Origin: Clostridia bacterium
GTDB lineage: Bacteria; Bacillota; Clostridia; TANB77; CAG-508
NCBI GenBank assembly: GCA_022792135.1
Contig: JAAWAM010000032.1
Coordinates: forward strand, 5,460-69,459
Length of the DNA stretch: 64,000 bases
Direction of reading: 5' to 3'
This document shows positions 9,841 through 19,273 of this stretch, in pieces (the stretch's first letter is position 1; each line of letters begins with the position of its first letter). The notes beneath the pieces were generated by a model. It was not told where the DNA came from. It saw only the letters and a program-made list of their open reading frames with translations, and made no database searches. The position numbers and the translations under genes were made by a program.

Positions 9841-11628
9841 ATGTTTCAAATAGAAGAGGAATTAAAAAAATTACCCCATAAACCTGGTGTTTATGTTATG
9901 AGAGATAAAGAAGATACGATTATTTATGTAGGGAAAGCCGTTTCATTAAAAAATAGAGTAAGGCAATATTTTAGAAAAACAGATAAAACAGCAAGAATTG
10001 AGAAAATGGTAAGTTTAATTGACCATTTTGAATACATTGTAGTTGATAATGAAGCAGAAGCATTAATTTTGGAATGTAATTTAATCAAAAAAAATAGACC
10101 AAAATTTAATGTTTTATTAAAGGATGACAAAACATATCCATATATTAAAATAGATTTAAAATCTGATTATCCAGGAGTTTTTATAACAAGAAGGGTAATG
10201 AATGATGGTTCGAAATATTTTGGTCCATATGCCAATCCTGGAGCAGCTAAAGAGATGGTAGATTTTATTAAACAAAAATATAAAATACGTCAATGTAGAA
10301 TGCTAAAGGAAAGAAACAGACCATGCTTAAATTATCATATCAATCGATGTTTAGCTCCTTGTATGGGATATGTAACCAAACAAGAGTATAGAGAACAAAT
10401 CAATGAGATTATGGATTTATTAGAGGGAAAAATAGATAAGATTGTAAAAGAACTAGAAAAGCAAATGCAAGAAGAATCTCAAAAGATGGAATTTGAAAAA
10501 GCAGCTATGCTAAGAGACCGAATCCAAGCCATTACGAGGGTATCGGAAAAGCAAAAAGTATCCAATCTATCAGAAAATGATATTGATGTGATTGGAATTG
10601 CAAAATCAGAATTACAAGTTTGTATTGAGATTTTCTTTGTTCGTGGAAGTAAAATGATAGGAAGAGAACATTATTTTTATACAGACCTAAAAGATATGGA
10701 AAACAAAGAAATTTTATCAGGATTTATCAAACAATATTATTTAGATAATCCGAATATCCCAAATAAAATTATGATACGAGAACAAATAGAAGATAAAGAG
10801 GCTATTGAAGAATGGTTATCCACAAATTTAGGAAAGAAAGTGGAGATTAAAAGCCCAAAACGAGGGGAAAAGCTACGTTTTGTAGAAATGGCAGAAAAGA
10901 ATGCAAAGGTTACATTAGAAAATAAAGAAAAAGATAAAAGTGAAGTTTTACTAGAATTAAAAGCAGTATTAAAGTTAGACAAATTACCAAGAAAGATTGA
11001 AACTTATGATATTTCCAATTTAGCAGGAGAGTATACTGTTGCTGGAATGTGTGTGCTGCAAGATGGCGTGATTAAAAAAAATCTGTCAAGAAGATTTAAA
11101 ATAAAAACAGTTTATGGACAAGATGATCCAAAATGTATGGAAGAAGTGATTACAAGAAGATTAAAACATTCGATTGAAAATCCGAAAGGCGGATTTGGAA
11201 GCTTACCAGATGTTATTTTTGCCGATGGTGGAATTACACAAATAAGAGCGACTAAGAAAGCAATCAAAAAATATAATTTAGAGATTCCTGTATTTGGTAT
11301 GGTTAAAAATGATAAACATCAGACAAGAGCTTTGATGGATGAAGAAAGAAATGAACTACCAATTTCACAGAATTTAATGAATTTAATTACTAATTTCCAA
11401 GATACGGTTCATGATACAGCAATTACTTACCATAGAAAATTGCGTGCAAAAAGTATTACAAAGTCAGAGCTAGATGAGATTTCGGGAATTGGAGAAGTGA
11501 AGAAAAAGGCTTTATTGAAACAATTTGGTAGTGTGGAGAAAATAAAACAGGCTTCCATAGAAGCATTAATGGAAGTAAAAGGCATTACGAAAGAATTAGC
11601 ACAAAAAATAAAGAAGGAAATAAGCTAG
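9841..11628 (+). CDS. uvrC: Excinuclease ABC subunit C
   Basis: GIY-YIG N-terminus (PGVYVMRDKEDTIIYVGKA), UvrBC domain and C-terminal HhH. Confidence 0.95.
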   Translation: MFQIEEELKKLPHKPGVYVMRDKEDTIIYVGKAVSLKNRVRQYFRKTDKTARIEKMVSLIDHFEYIVVDNEAEALILECNLIKKNRPKFNVLLKDDKTYPYIKIDLKSDYPGVFITRRVMNDGSKYFGPYANPGAAKEMVDFIKQKYKIRQCRMLKERNRPCLNYHINRCLAPCMGYVTKQEYREQINEIMDLLEGKIDKIVKELEKQMQEESQKMEFEKAAMLRDRIQAITRVSEKQKVSNLSENDIDVIGIAKSELQVCIEIFFVRGSKMIGREHYFYTDLKDMENKEILSGFIKQYYLDNPNIPNKIMIREQIEDKEAIEEWLSTNLGKKVEIKSPKRGEKLRFVEMAEKNAKVTLENKEKDKSEVLLELKAVLKLDKLPRKIETYDISNLAGEYTVAGMCVLQDGVIKKNLSRRFKIKTVYGQDDPKCMEEVITRRLKHSIENPKGGFGSLPDVIFADGGITQIRATKKAIKKYNLEIPVFGMVKNDKHQTRALMDEERNELPISQNLMNLITNFQDTVHDTAITYHRKLRAKSITKSELDEISGIGEVKKKALLKQFGSVEKIKQASIEALMEVKGITKELAQKIKKEIS

Positions 11629-11654
11629 AGTGTCGGCTTCTAGCTTATTTTTTC
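11622..11654 (+). terminator. uvrC terminator, which is also the 3'-terminal hairpin of the convergent minus-strand hairpin unit
   Basis: aagctaga / tctagctt stem with 9-nt loop gtgtcggct, then attttttcc. Confidence 0.7.
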
Positions 11655-11977
11655 CGTACTCCTACGAACCCTGCGAACAGGGTTTGTAGGAGTATACATA
11701 GCCCAACGAGCTTTGGTGAACTCATTGGGCTGAAAAACCCAAATACAATTGTTAGGAGAAAGAATGCTCCTAACAATGCGAACGCATAAATAATAATATT
11801 TTTGCGTTCGCAAGCTTCTCCCATAGCAGAAGCTGCAATCAGAAAGGTTATAAGAATGGCAATTTCCAATTGAGATGGACTGCCTTCTTTAAAAAAGTTA
11901 TAGATACTTGTGTATTTACACAAGTATAAAAACAAACTTCCTAGACAAGTGTCTAGGAAGATGTCAAATGGATTCAT
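11645..11977 (-). CDS. Hypothetical 110-aa hydrophobic ORF whose sequence is built from stacked perfect palindromes; coding status uncertain
   Basis: AAGGAGG SD 9 nt upstream of the ATG at 11977 and an extended -10 promoter (TGATATAAT at 12026-12034, TTGATT at 12050-12055). The ORF overlaps at least 8 perfect hairpins and is more GC-rich than its flanks. Confidence 0.35.
   Translation of the reverse strand: MNPFDIFLDTCLGSLFLYLCKYTSIYNFFKEGSPSQLEIAILITFLIAASAMGEACERKNIIIYAFALLGAFFLLTIVFGFFSPMSSPKLVGLCILLQTLFAGFVGVRKK
11657..11960 (-). other. Array of consecutive perfect hairpins (candidate structured RNA)
   Basis: Stems at 11657-11694 (nested 9+7 bp, UUCG loop on the minus strand), 11700-11731, 11749-11776, 11777-11812, 11813-11834, 11904-11927 and 11937-11960. 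The one imperfect pair (11707/11724) is C.A on plus but G.U on minus. Confidence 0.7.
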
Positions 11978-12122
11978 ATATATATACCTCCTTAGGACTC
12001 TTGCCGACACAAGAATATCATTTATATTATATCACGAAAGCAAGTAAAAAATCAATAGATTTACATAAATTAGAAAATTTGGAATTTTAGGAATAATTTA
12101 AAAAGTTTTGCATATATATATC

Positions 12123-12157
12123 AATGGTCATGTTGTACCTGTCCCCAATTGACCATT
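12123..12157 (+). repeat. REP-like hairpin repeat, copy A
   Basis: aatggtcatgttgtacctgtccccaattgaccatt, with stem AATGGTCA/TGACCATT. Related to the copies at 42183 and 45873-45997. Confidence 0.7.
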
Positions 12158-12213
12158 GGTAAGTTTAGGACAGGCATAAAAGCATAAATGACTAGGATAA
12201 GGGGGAATTTTTT

Positions 12214-12423
12214 ATGGAATATGCAAAAGAGGAGTTATTTGAAGTTAGGTATAATACGAAGTTAAAAAAGTTAGTTATCAAAAAGCCAAGATGGAGAGGG
12301 AAAATAATGAGAGCAATGAAAGCTCATAAATTAATAACAACTGCTAGTATTGCTTTTATGATGTTTTCTATTCTAAATATGGTTATGATATATAGTTTTA
12401 TGAAAATTTTGCAAAACATATAA
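12214..12423 (+). CDS. Small hypothetical protein with one C-terminal TM helix
   Basis: 69-aa ORF with AAGGGGG SD. No recognisable family. Confidence 0.4.
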   Translation: MEYAKEELFEVRYNTKLKKLVIKKPRWRGKIMRAMKAHKLITTASIAFMMFSILNMVMIYSFMKILQNI

Positions 12424-12492
12424 AAATGTGGTAAAATATTACTATTCTGAAATAAGGAGGATAGTAATATTTTTTATTACGAAAAAAAGAAT

Positions 12493-13356
12493 ATGAAATT
12501 AGCAAACGAATGGAAAGAATATAAAATATTAGATATGGCAGATGGCCAAAAATTAGAAAGATGGGGAAATGTAGTGTTATCTAGACCAGACCCACAAATT
12601 ATATGGAAGCACAAAAGTAATCCTAAGAAATGGAAAGAAATCAATGCTACCTATCATAGAAGCAAAACAGGTGGAGGAGCATGGGAATACAACAAAAAGC
12701 TGCCAAAACAATGGCAAATCCATTATAAAAATTTAACCTTTAACATTAAGCCAATGGGATTTAAACACACAGGGTTATTTCCAGAGCAAGCCGTTAACTG
12801 GGATTGGATGATGAACAAAATCAAATCGGAAAAAAGAGAAATCAAAGTATTAAACCTATTTGCCTATACAGGTGGAGCAACAGTAGCTTGTTTATCAGCA
12901 GGAGCTGCTGTATGTCATGTAGATAGCTCAAAAGGAATGACAACTTGGGCTAAGGAAAATGTTACTTCCTCTGGATTACAAAATAGACCAGTTCGATTTA
13001 TCGTAGATGATGTTGTAAAATTCGTAAACAGAGAAATAAGACGTGGGAATCAATACGATGCTATTATTATGGACCCACCTTCTTATGGAAGAGGAGCAAA
13101 AGGAGAAGTATGGCAATTTGAAGAGCATATTTATGACTTAGTAGAACTATGTACAAAAGTATTATCCGACAATCCTCTATTTTTCTTAATCAACTCTTAT
13201 ACCACAGGAATATCAAGCACCGTATTACAAAACCTATTAAGTCTAACCGTAGGAAAAAAATACAAAGGCAAATTAGAATGTGGAGAAATAGGGATACCAG
13301 TAGAAGAATCCAAATTAGTATTACCATGTGGAATTTATGGAAGATGGGAGAAATAA
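12493..13356 (+). CDS. Class I SAM-dependent (rRNA large-subunit m5C-type, RlmI/RlmK-like) methyltransferase
   Basis: VLNLFAYTGGATVA (SAM motif I) and IIMDPPSYGRG (motif IV). Confidence 0.75.
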   Translation: MKLANEWKEYKILDMADGQKLERWGNVVLSRPDPQIIWKHKSNPKKWKEINATYHRSKTGGGAWEYNKKLPKQWQIHYKNLTFNIKPMGFKHTGLFPEQAVNWDWMMNKIKSEKREIKVLNLFAYTGGATVACLSAGAAVCHVDSSKGMTTWAKENVTSSGLQNRPVRFIVDDVVKFVNREIRRGNQYDAIIMDPPSYGRGAKGEVWQFEEHIYDLVELCTKVLSDNPLFFLINSYTTGISSTVLQNLLSLTVGKKYKGKLECGEIGIPVEESKLVLPCGIYGRWEK

Positions 13357-14055
13357 ATGCAAGATTTAAAAGTTATTTATGAAGATAACCATATTATGAT
13401 AGTAGAAAAAATACCGAATATTCCATCCCAAGCAGATAAAACAGGTGATATCGATCTGCTAACCTTAGCAAAGAAATATTTAAAAGAAAAATACAACAAA
13501 CCAGGAAATGTTTATTTAGGATTGGTCCATAGATTAGACAGACCAGTAGGTGGAATTATGGTTTTTGCTAAAACTTCAAAAGCAGCAGCAAGATTAAGCA
13601 ATCAAGTAAGAGAAAGAATTTTAAAAAAGAAATATTTAGCAGTAGTAGAGGGAAAAATAGAAAAGCAAACAGGAATATTAGAAGACTATTTATATAAAGA
13701 TGAAAGACACAATATAAGTAAAGTAGTTAAGAAAGAAAAGAAAAATGCAAAACTTGCAAAACTAGATTATGAAGTAATAAAATACAACGAAGTAAAAGAT
13801 TTAAGTTTAGTAAAAGTAAATTTACATACAGGAAGGCACCACCAAATACGAGTGCAATTATCTCACTTTGGACATAGTATTTTCGGAGACCAAAAATATG
13901 GAACCAGAGGAAAAGGAAAACAAATTGCACTTTGGGCATATGAACTTACCATAGAGCATCCTATTAGCAAAGAAAAAATGACATTTCAAGACTTGCCAGA
14001 ACCAATAGGAACGTGGTGCATTTTAAATAAAATCGATAAAAACAATTGCATTTAA
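13357..14055 (+). CDS. RluA-family pseudouridine synthase
   Basis: HRLDRPVGGIMVFAKT catalytic Asp motif. The start abuts the preceding stop. Confidence 0.85.
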   Translation: MQDLKVIYEDNHIMIVEKIPNIPSQADKTGDIDLLTLAKKYLKEKYNKPGNVYLGLVHRLDRPVGGIMVFAKTSKAAARLSNQVRERILKKKYLAVVEGKIEKQTGILEDYLYKDERHNISKVVKKEKKNAKLAKLDYEVIKYNEVKDLSLVKVNLHTGRHHQIRVQLSHFGHSIFGDQKYGTRGKGKQIALWAYELTIEHPISKEKMTFQDLPEPIGTWCILNKIDKNNCI

Positions 14056-14117
14056 AAAAAATATATGTTACAATACAAAAGTGATTATGAGAAAAACCGT
14101 TAGGAGGAAACCATAAA

Positions 14118-14366
14118 ATGGAAGTTGTAAAAGGAATATTGATAGTAATTTATATGATCATAGCATTTGTATTAATCCTATTAACACTAATGCAAAGCAA
14201 AGAAGACGAAGGATTATCATCTACCATAACAGGTTCATCAACTGGAAACTTCTTCGAAAAAAACAAAGCAAGAAGTAAAGAAGGAAAACAAAAAAGATGG
14301 ACAATTATTTTAACAATTGTATTTGCAATCTTAACAATTGCATTAGGAATCCTATATATGGCATAG
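14118..14366 (+). CDS. secG: Preprotein translocase subunit SecG
   Basis: 82 aa with two TM helices and LLTLMQSKEDEGLSS. The conserved secG-rnr neighbourhood supports the call. Confidence 0.85.
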   Translation: MEVVKGILIVIYMIIAFVLILLTLMQSKEDEGLSSTITGSSTGNFFEKNKARSKEGKQKRWTIILTIVFAILTIALGILYMA

Positions 14367-14484
14367 AAAAGGAATAAGAAAAGGGGCGGTTTTTAATAGA
14401 AAACTACCCTTTTTTTGACAAAATAAGAAAGAAGTTAAAAAGTGTAATCATTTAACCAAAAAGAAAGGAAATGAAAGAAAAAGA

Positions 14485-16602
14485 ATGAAAGAAAAAGAAG
14501 AGAAAATCTTAGCATTCATGAAAGACAAAGACTATGTACCAATGAGGGCAAAAGAAATAGCAACCATGTTGCAAGTTCCCAAAAAGGAATACAATGAATT
14601 TTTAGAAACAATCGGTAAATTAGAATTAGAAATGAAAATTCAAAAAAACCGAAAAAATCGTTATCGAATCAGTGAAAAAATATACTATGAGGGGTATTAT
14701 CGAAAACACCAAAAAGGATTTGGATTTGTAAAAATAACAGAGCAGGAAGAGGAAATTTATATTGCTAAAGAACACGCACAAAATGCACTAAATGGAGACC
14801 GTGTTTTAATAGAAATTACAGAAGAAAAAAATAAAATAAAAAAAGCAGAAGGAAAAATTGTCAAAATATTAAAACATGAAAAAGATACTATAGTTGGCAT
14901 TTTTCAAAATAATAAAACCTTTGGATTTGTCGTTCCAGATGATAAAAACTTTGGAACAGATATCTATATTGCCAAAAAGAACTTTGGAAAAGCAAGAAGT
15001 CATCATAAGGTTTTAGTAAAAATTACAAAATATCCACAAAAAGGAAAAAAAGCAGAAGGGAAAGTAATCGAAGTACTAGGAAATGTAAATGAGGCAGGAG
15101 TGGATATGCTTTCTCTTATCAAAGAACATGGCTTACCAGCTAGATTTCCAGAGCCAGTAGTAGAAGAAGCAAAAAGATATGGGAATAAAGTAGATAAAAA
15201 AGAGATACCAAACCGAATTGACAAGAGAGACAAAATTATTTTTACAATTGATGGCGAAGATGCTAAAGATTTAGATGATGCAGTAAGGGTAGAAAAATTA
15301 GCAAATGGAAATTATCGATTGGAAGTTCACATAGCAGATGTAAGTTACTATGTAAAAGAGAATAGCTTATTAGACCAAGAAGCTCTCATACGAGGAACTA
15401 GTATTTATATGCTAGGAAGAGTTATCCCTATGTTGCCAAGAGAACTATCCAATGGAATTTGTAGTTTAAATGCAGGAGAGGATAGATTTACTTTATCTTG
15501 TAGTATGGAAATTGACCAGAAAGGAAAAGTCATCTCTTCTGAGATTTATAAAGGAATCATCCAAGTAACAGAAAGAATGAGTTATACAGACGTTCAAAAG
15601 ATAATAGATGGCTCAGACAAAAAAGTACTAGCAAAATATGAACCATATATCCCAGAATTTAAAAGGATGGAAGAATTGGCAAATATTCTAAAGAAGAGAA
15701 GATTCGAAAATGGATATTTAAATTTAGATATTCCAGAGAGCAAGATTGAATTAGATGTAGATGGTAGAGTAAGCAAGATTTCAAAATATGAAACAACCTT
15801 TGCCCATGAGATAATTGAACAATTTATGCTAATAGCCAATGAAACGATAGCAGAAAAATTTTATTGGTTAGAGGCACCATTTATTTATCGTGTACACGAA
15901 GAACCAGATTTAGAAAAGATACAAGAATTAAATAAATTCTTATTCAACTTTAAATTAAAAATAAAAGCAAATAAAGAGAATATTTATCCAAAGGAATTTG
16001 CAAAAGTATTAGATGAAATCAAAGGAACAGAAGAAGAAAAGGTAGTTTCTAATTTAGTACTTCGTACTTTAAAAGTGGCAAGATATGAAGCAGAAAATAA
16101 AGGACACTTTGGAATTGCTAGTCAATACTATTGTCATTTTACCTCTCCAATTCGAAGATATCCAGACTTATTCATACACAGAATTATTTCTAAATATTTA
16201 GAAGAAAACTATGATGTGGATGAAAGGTTTATCGAAAAATATAAACAAGAAGCGGAAGATCGAAGCAAACAATCTTCCGAAAGAGAAAAAATTGCAACTA
16301 TGGTAGAAAGAGAAGCAGAAGATATGAAAAAAGCAGAATATATGGAATCCAAAATAGGAGAAGAATACAATGGAATCATATCTTCAATTACTTCTTTTGG
16401 AATGTTTGTAGAACTAGAAAACACAGTAGAAGGATTGATTCGATTTGAAAATTTAGGAAATGAATATTTTATTTATGATGAGGATAGAAAAAGGCTGATA
16501 GGAGAAAGAACCAATACCATTTATAAAATTGGTGATAAGGTAAAAATTAGAGTGACAAAAGCCAATAAATTATTACGACAAATTGACTTTGAAATCCTAT
16601 AA
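14485..16602 (+). CDS. rnr: Ribonuclease R
   Basis: 705 aa with cold-shock-like N-domains, an RNB domain (DDAV..., HFTSPIRRYPD) and a C-terminal S1 domain. Confidence 0.95.
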   Translation: MKEKEEKILAFMKDKDYVPMRAKEIATMLQVPKKEYNEFLETIGKLELEMKIQKNRKNRYRISEKIYYEGYYRKHQKGFGFVKITEQEEEIYIAKEHAQNALNGDRVLIEITEEKNKIKKAEGKIVKILKHEKDTIVGIFQNNKTFGFVVPDDKNFGTDIYIAKKNFGKARSHHKVLVKITKYPQKGKKAEGKVIEVLGNVNEAGVDMLSLIKEHGLPARFPEPVVEEAKRYGNKVDKKEIPNRIDKRDKIIFTIDGEDAKDLDDAVRVEKLANGNYRLEVHIADVSYYVKENSLLDQEALIRGTSIYMLGRVIPMLPRELSNGICSLNAGEDRFTLSCSMEIDQKGKVISSEIYKGIIQVTERMSYTDVQKIIDGSDKKVLAKYEPYIPEFKRMEELANILKKRRFENGYLNLDIPESKIELDVDGRVSKISKYETTFAHEIIEQFMLIANETIAEKFYWLEAPFIYRVHEEPDLEKIQELNKFLFNFKLKIKANKENIYPKEFAKVLDEIKGTEEEKVVSNLVLRTLKVARYEAENKGHFGIASQYYCHFTSPIRRYPDLFIHRIISKYLEENYDVDERFIEKYKQEAEDRSKQSSEREKIATMVEREAEDMKKAEYMESKIGEEYNGIISSITSFGMFVELENTVEGLIRFENLGNEYFIYDEDRKRLIGERTNTIYKIGDKVKIRVTKANKLLRQIDFEIL

Positions 16603-16627
16603 AACAGATTACTAGAGTAAGAATTAA

Positions 16628-16688
16628 AAAATCACAACTAAGAAGAAAAATAAAAACAAATCTTATTTTTCTTCTTAGTTGTGATTTT
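16628..16688. terminator. Very long (26-bp perfect stem) bidirectional terminator between rnr and the ger operon
   Basis: aaaatcacaactaagaagaaaaataa / ttatttttcttcttagttgtgatttt with a 9-nt loop. Confidence 0.75.
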
Positions 16689-16706
16689 GAATGATTAGCA
16701 TACTAA

Positions 16707-16883
16707 CTAATTATCATCATAATATTGGCCAATATAACCACAAGAACAGAAAAAGCAATTACAACAATTCCGTCCTATTTTATTATGCAATGTTTTTATT
16801 TCATAAATAGCATAGCCAATTACTTTTAATAAAACATAAATAGTAATCAACAAAAAAATTAAATCATAAATTAAACCTATCAT
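16707..16883 (-). CDS. Possible 58-aa membrane peptide with Cys-rich tail (not in ORF track)
   Basis: Hand translation gives MIGLIYDLIFLLITIYVLLKVIGYAIYEIKTLHNKIGRNCCNCFFCSCGYIGQYYDDN. The SD is weak and the ORF lies downstream of gerxC. Confidence 0.25.
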   Translation of the reverse strand: MIGLIYDLIFLLITIYVLLKVIGYAIYEIKTLHNKIGRNCCNCFFCSCGYIGQYYDDN

Positions 16884-16903
16884 AAAAATTCACCATTTCT
16901 ATC

Positions 16904-18124
16904 TTAAATTTCATTAATTAGCATACCAGATTTCACAGAAGTATCAACTTCAACATCAAAAAAGGCATCTTTATAAATTTCAGACCAATGATAATCTTCA
17001 TATTCTTTTGAGGTAAAAAAGTTTTGAAGTGCATATCTACCAAATCCATTGATATCTGCTTTAAAATCTTTAGAAGATTTATAGAAGTAGTCAGAAAAGG
17101 TAGATTCTAAATAACGATTACAAGAATTAGAAACACGGTCTAAAACTTCAGGCGATAAATAATCAGAGTTTTCAGACATGGAGTAAATTCTACCAGCAAA
17201 AGAAAATTTAACTTTTATATAAGGATTGGGACTTGAAGTATCAACTTCTATATTAGAAGAATGGACAGGGGTAAGATAAATATCAAGATAGTTACTTTGG
17301 TTCAAAGGATCAGGGACAGAAACCAAAAAACGATCCAATTTATTTCTAGTAGTTAAAAAGGCAATGGTTTCTAAGGCATTCAATTCTCCTACTAATTTAT
17401 CTTCTTTAAAAACAGCAACACCAATGTTTTCAGCACTGTTTTTTCCTTGAATGGAAGATTCATTAGCCTTAATGTTATAATCTTTTTGGGAATCAATTTC
17501 ATCACTACTTTCTGATGGAGAAAGGCTAACTCCTCCTAAGATAGCATAAGGTTCACAAGTTTTACAAACTAAATTATTAAAAAAGTTTCCAATGGTAGCA
17601 TCTGGCATATAGCCAGTATAGTTACTAGAGTCAGTGAAAGTTTCGTAATATTTTGAAATCAAATTTTCAAGTTCTGGTTTGGTTTCTTCTAAATAGTATT
17701 TGGCAGTACATTTGCTAATAATGATGTTAGAAGAAGGTCTTACCTGTGTATCATTAATTAAGGTATAAATTTCATCAGAAATGCCTTGACTGGCTAATTC
17801 TTCAGAGAAAATCATAACTTTACAATGAGAAAGGTTAATCTGTTTTCCTAAATAACCATTGACTAAATTAATGGCATTGCTAAGAGAAGAAGCAGTAACG
17901 GTATTAATTAAGTCACTTGCTTTTTCGCTACCACTTGATTCGGCAGGGAGTGGCGTGGAAAATTGAAAGCTAACTTCTAGTTTATTAGTATCAGAAGTAT
18001 CCACAGCAATTGCTAATACATAAGCCAAATTGTCCATACTAAGATTTGAGTAGGAACTAGAAAATGCTAAGATAAAAATAAGAATTAAAACTAGAATCCA
18101 AATTGTTTTAAGAGTATGATTCAT
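16904..18124 (-). CDS. Spore germination protein, Ger(x)C lipoprotein family
   Basis: 406 aa, signal-peptide-like N-terminus, YVLAIAVD motif. Third gene of a gerA-type operon. Confidence 0.85.
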   Translation of the reverse strand: MNHTLKTIWILVLILIFILAFSSSYSNLSMDNLAYVLAIAVDTSDTNKLEVSFQFSTPLPAESSGSEKASDLINTVTASSLSNAINLVNGYLGKQINLSHCKVMIFSEELASQGISDEIYTLINDTQVRPSSNIIISKCTAKYYLEETKPELENLISKYYETFTDSSNYTGYMPDATIGNFFNNLVCKTCEPYAILGGVSLSPSESSDEIDSQKDYNIKANESSIQGKNSAENIGVAVFKEDKLVGELNALETIAFLTTRNKLDRFLVSVPDPLNQSNYLDIYLTPVHSSNIEVDTSSPNPYIKVKFSFAGRIYSMSENSDYLSPEVLDRVSNSCNRYLESTFSDYFYKSSKDFKADINGFGRYALQNFFTSKEYEDYHWSEIYKDAFFDVEVDTSVKSGMLINEI

Positions 18125-18127
18125 TTT

Positions 18128-19252
18128 CTATGCCTCCTTTCTTTCCAAAGATTGTGTTTGAGAAGCGTTTTTTGATTTTCTTTTTTGTAAATTAGCAATG
18201 ACTAAAATTCCAATTCCCAAGGCAAATACAATGGCAAATACCAAGTAAGGATAAATTTCGCTTTCAAATTTTTGTGATAAAGCAAAGTTTTTAGGGAGTA
18301 GGGAAAGTCCAAAAATAAGCAAACCGAAAATATCGAGTAAAGGTTTTTGCGTATCAATATGAGTAAGTTTTTTAAAAATATTCATAGAGAATCGAGTAAT
18401 AATACTTAAATAACAAGCAAAAGCCAAAATCCAAATTAATAAAAAAATGGCTTCTAATCTTTGGAAAAAGCTACCAAACTCAATATATCGAGTGGCTGTA
18501 TATAAAGGAGAAATTTCACTACTACTAATAAAAAAGGAAAACATAAAAAGTAAGGTACTAATACTTAAGAGTAAATACAAAGCTGTAATGCCAATAGAAG
18601 TGAGAGCTATTTTTTTAAATGTTTCTGGCTTTTCTAAAAGAGGCGGCAGAAAATAAAGGTAGGAAATTCCGCCAAAAGAAGCCAAATTGCTAAGTCCTAA
18701 TCCAAAAGTATGGCCGATACCTTCTCCTAAAATAGGAAACATTCTTTGAGGGGCAAAATTATTGATATTAGTAAAAAATAAAAATAATATACTGCCCAAA
18801 ACAACGGGTAAAATAATTAAGTTGGTTCTTAAGGTAGCATTAAAATCAAAGCGATTGGCAAGACAAATGCTAATGACAAAAAATCCAATGATAAATATGA
18901 TATTTGTCATAGGGTAATAAATAATTTTTAAGCTTTCACAAAAATTACGAAGCAGCAAACTACCACTTAAAATAAAGTAACTAATAAAAAGAATCCCTAC
19001 TATATTTTTAAAAACTTTACCACCAATCCATTCTGAAATATCAATGATATCTAAACCAGGAAATTTTTTTAATAAAAGGAAGATAACATATGTTATTAAA
19101 ATAGCTAAAATGCTAACATAAATGACATTTAAAATACTAGCTGATTTATAGGTTTTTAAGATATGATTGGGTAAGGAAAGCATGGTTTGGGCTACAATAA
19201 TTGTTAAAACTAACATAATAGCTTCTAAAGTACCAATTTTTGACTTTAACAT
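18128..19252 (-). CDS. Spore germination protein, GerAB/GerKB (APC-like permease) family
   Basis: 374 aa, about 10 TM helices, in the middle position of the gerA-type operon. Confidence 0.85.
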   Translation of the reverse strand: MLKSKIGTLEAIMLVLTIIVAQTMLSLPNHILKTYKSASILNVIYVSILAILITYVIFLLLKKFPGLDIIDISEWIGGKVFKNIVGILFISYFILSGSLLLRNFCESLKIIYYPMTNIIFIIGFFVISICLANRFDFNATLRTNLIILPVVLGSILFLFFTNINNFAPQRMFPILGEGIGHTFGLGLSNLASFGGISYLYFLPPLLEKPETFKKIALTSIGITALYLLLSISTLLFMFSFFISSSEISPLYTATRYIEFGSFFQRLEAIFLLIWILAFACYLSIITRFSMNIFKKLTHIDTQKPLLDIFGLLIFGLSLLPKNFALSQKFESEIYPYLVFAIVFALGIGILVIANLQKRKSKNASQTQSLERKEA

Positions 19253-19273
19253 AGAAGATGACCTCTCTTTCTT

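Noticed and set aside
11908-12090. 60-aa plus-strand ORF across the promoter region of hairpin locus 1
   Set aside because: It has no SD, runs through palindromes and the divergent promoter, and its composition is non-protein-like.
16603-16903. Expected smpB/ssrA (tmRNA) downstream of rnr
   Set aside because: The interval contains only a long terminator and a short ORF. I saw no tRNA-like acceptor end or tag-peptide reading frame.
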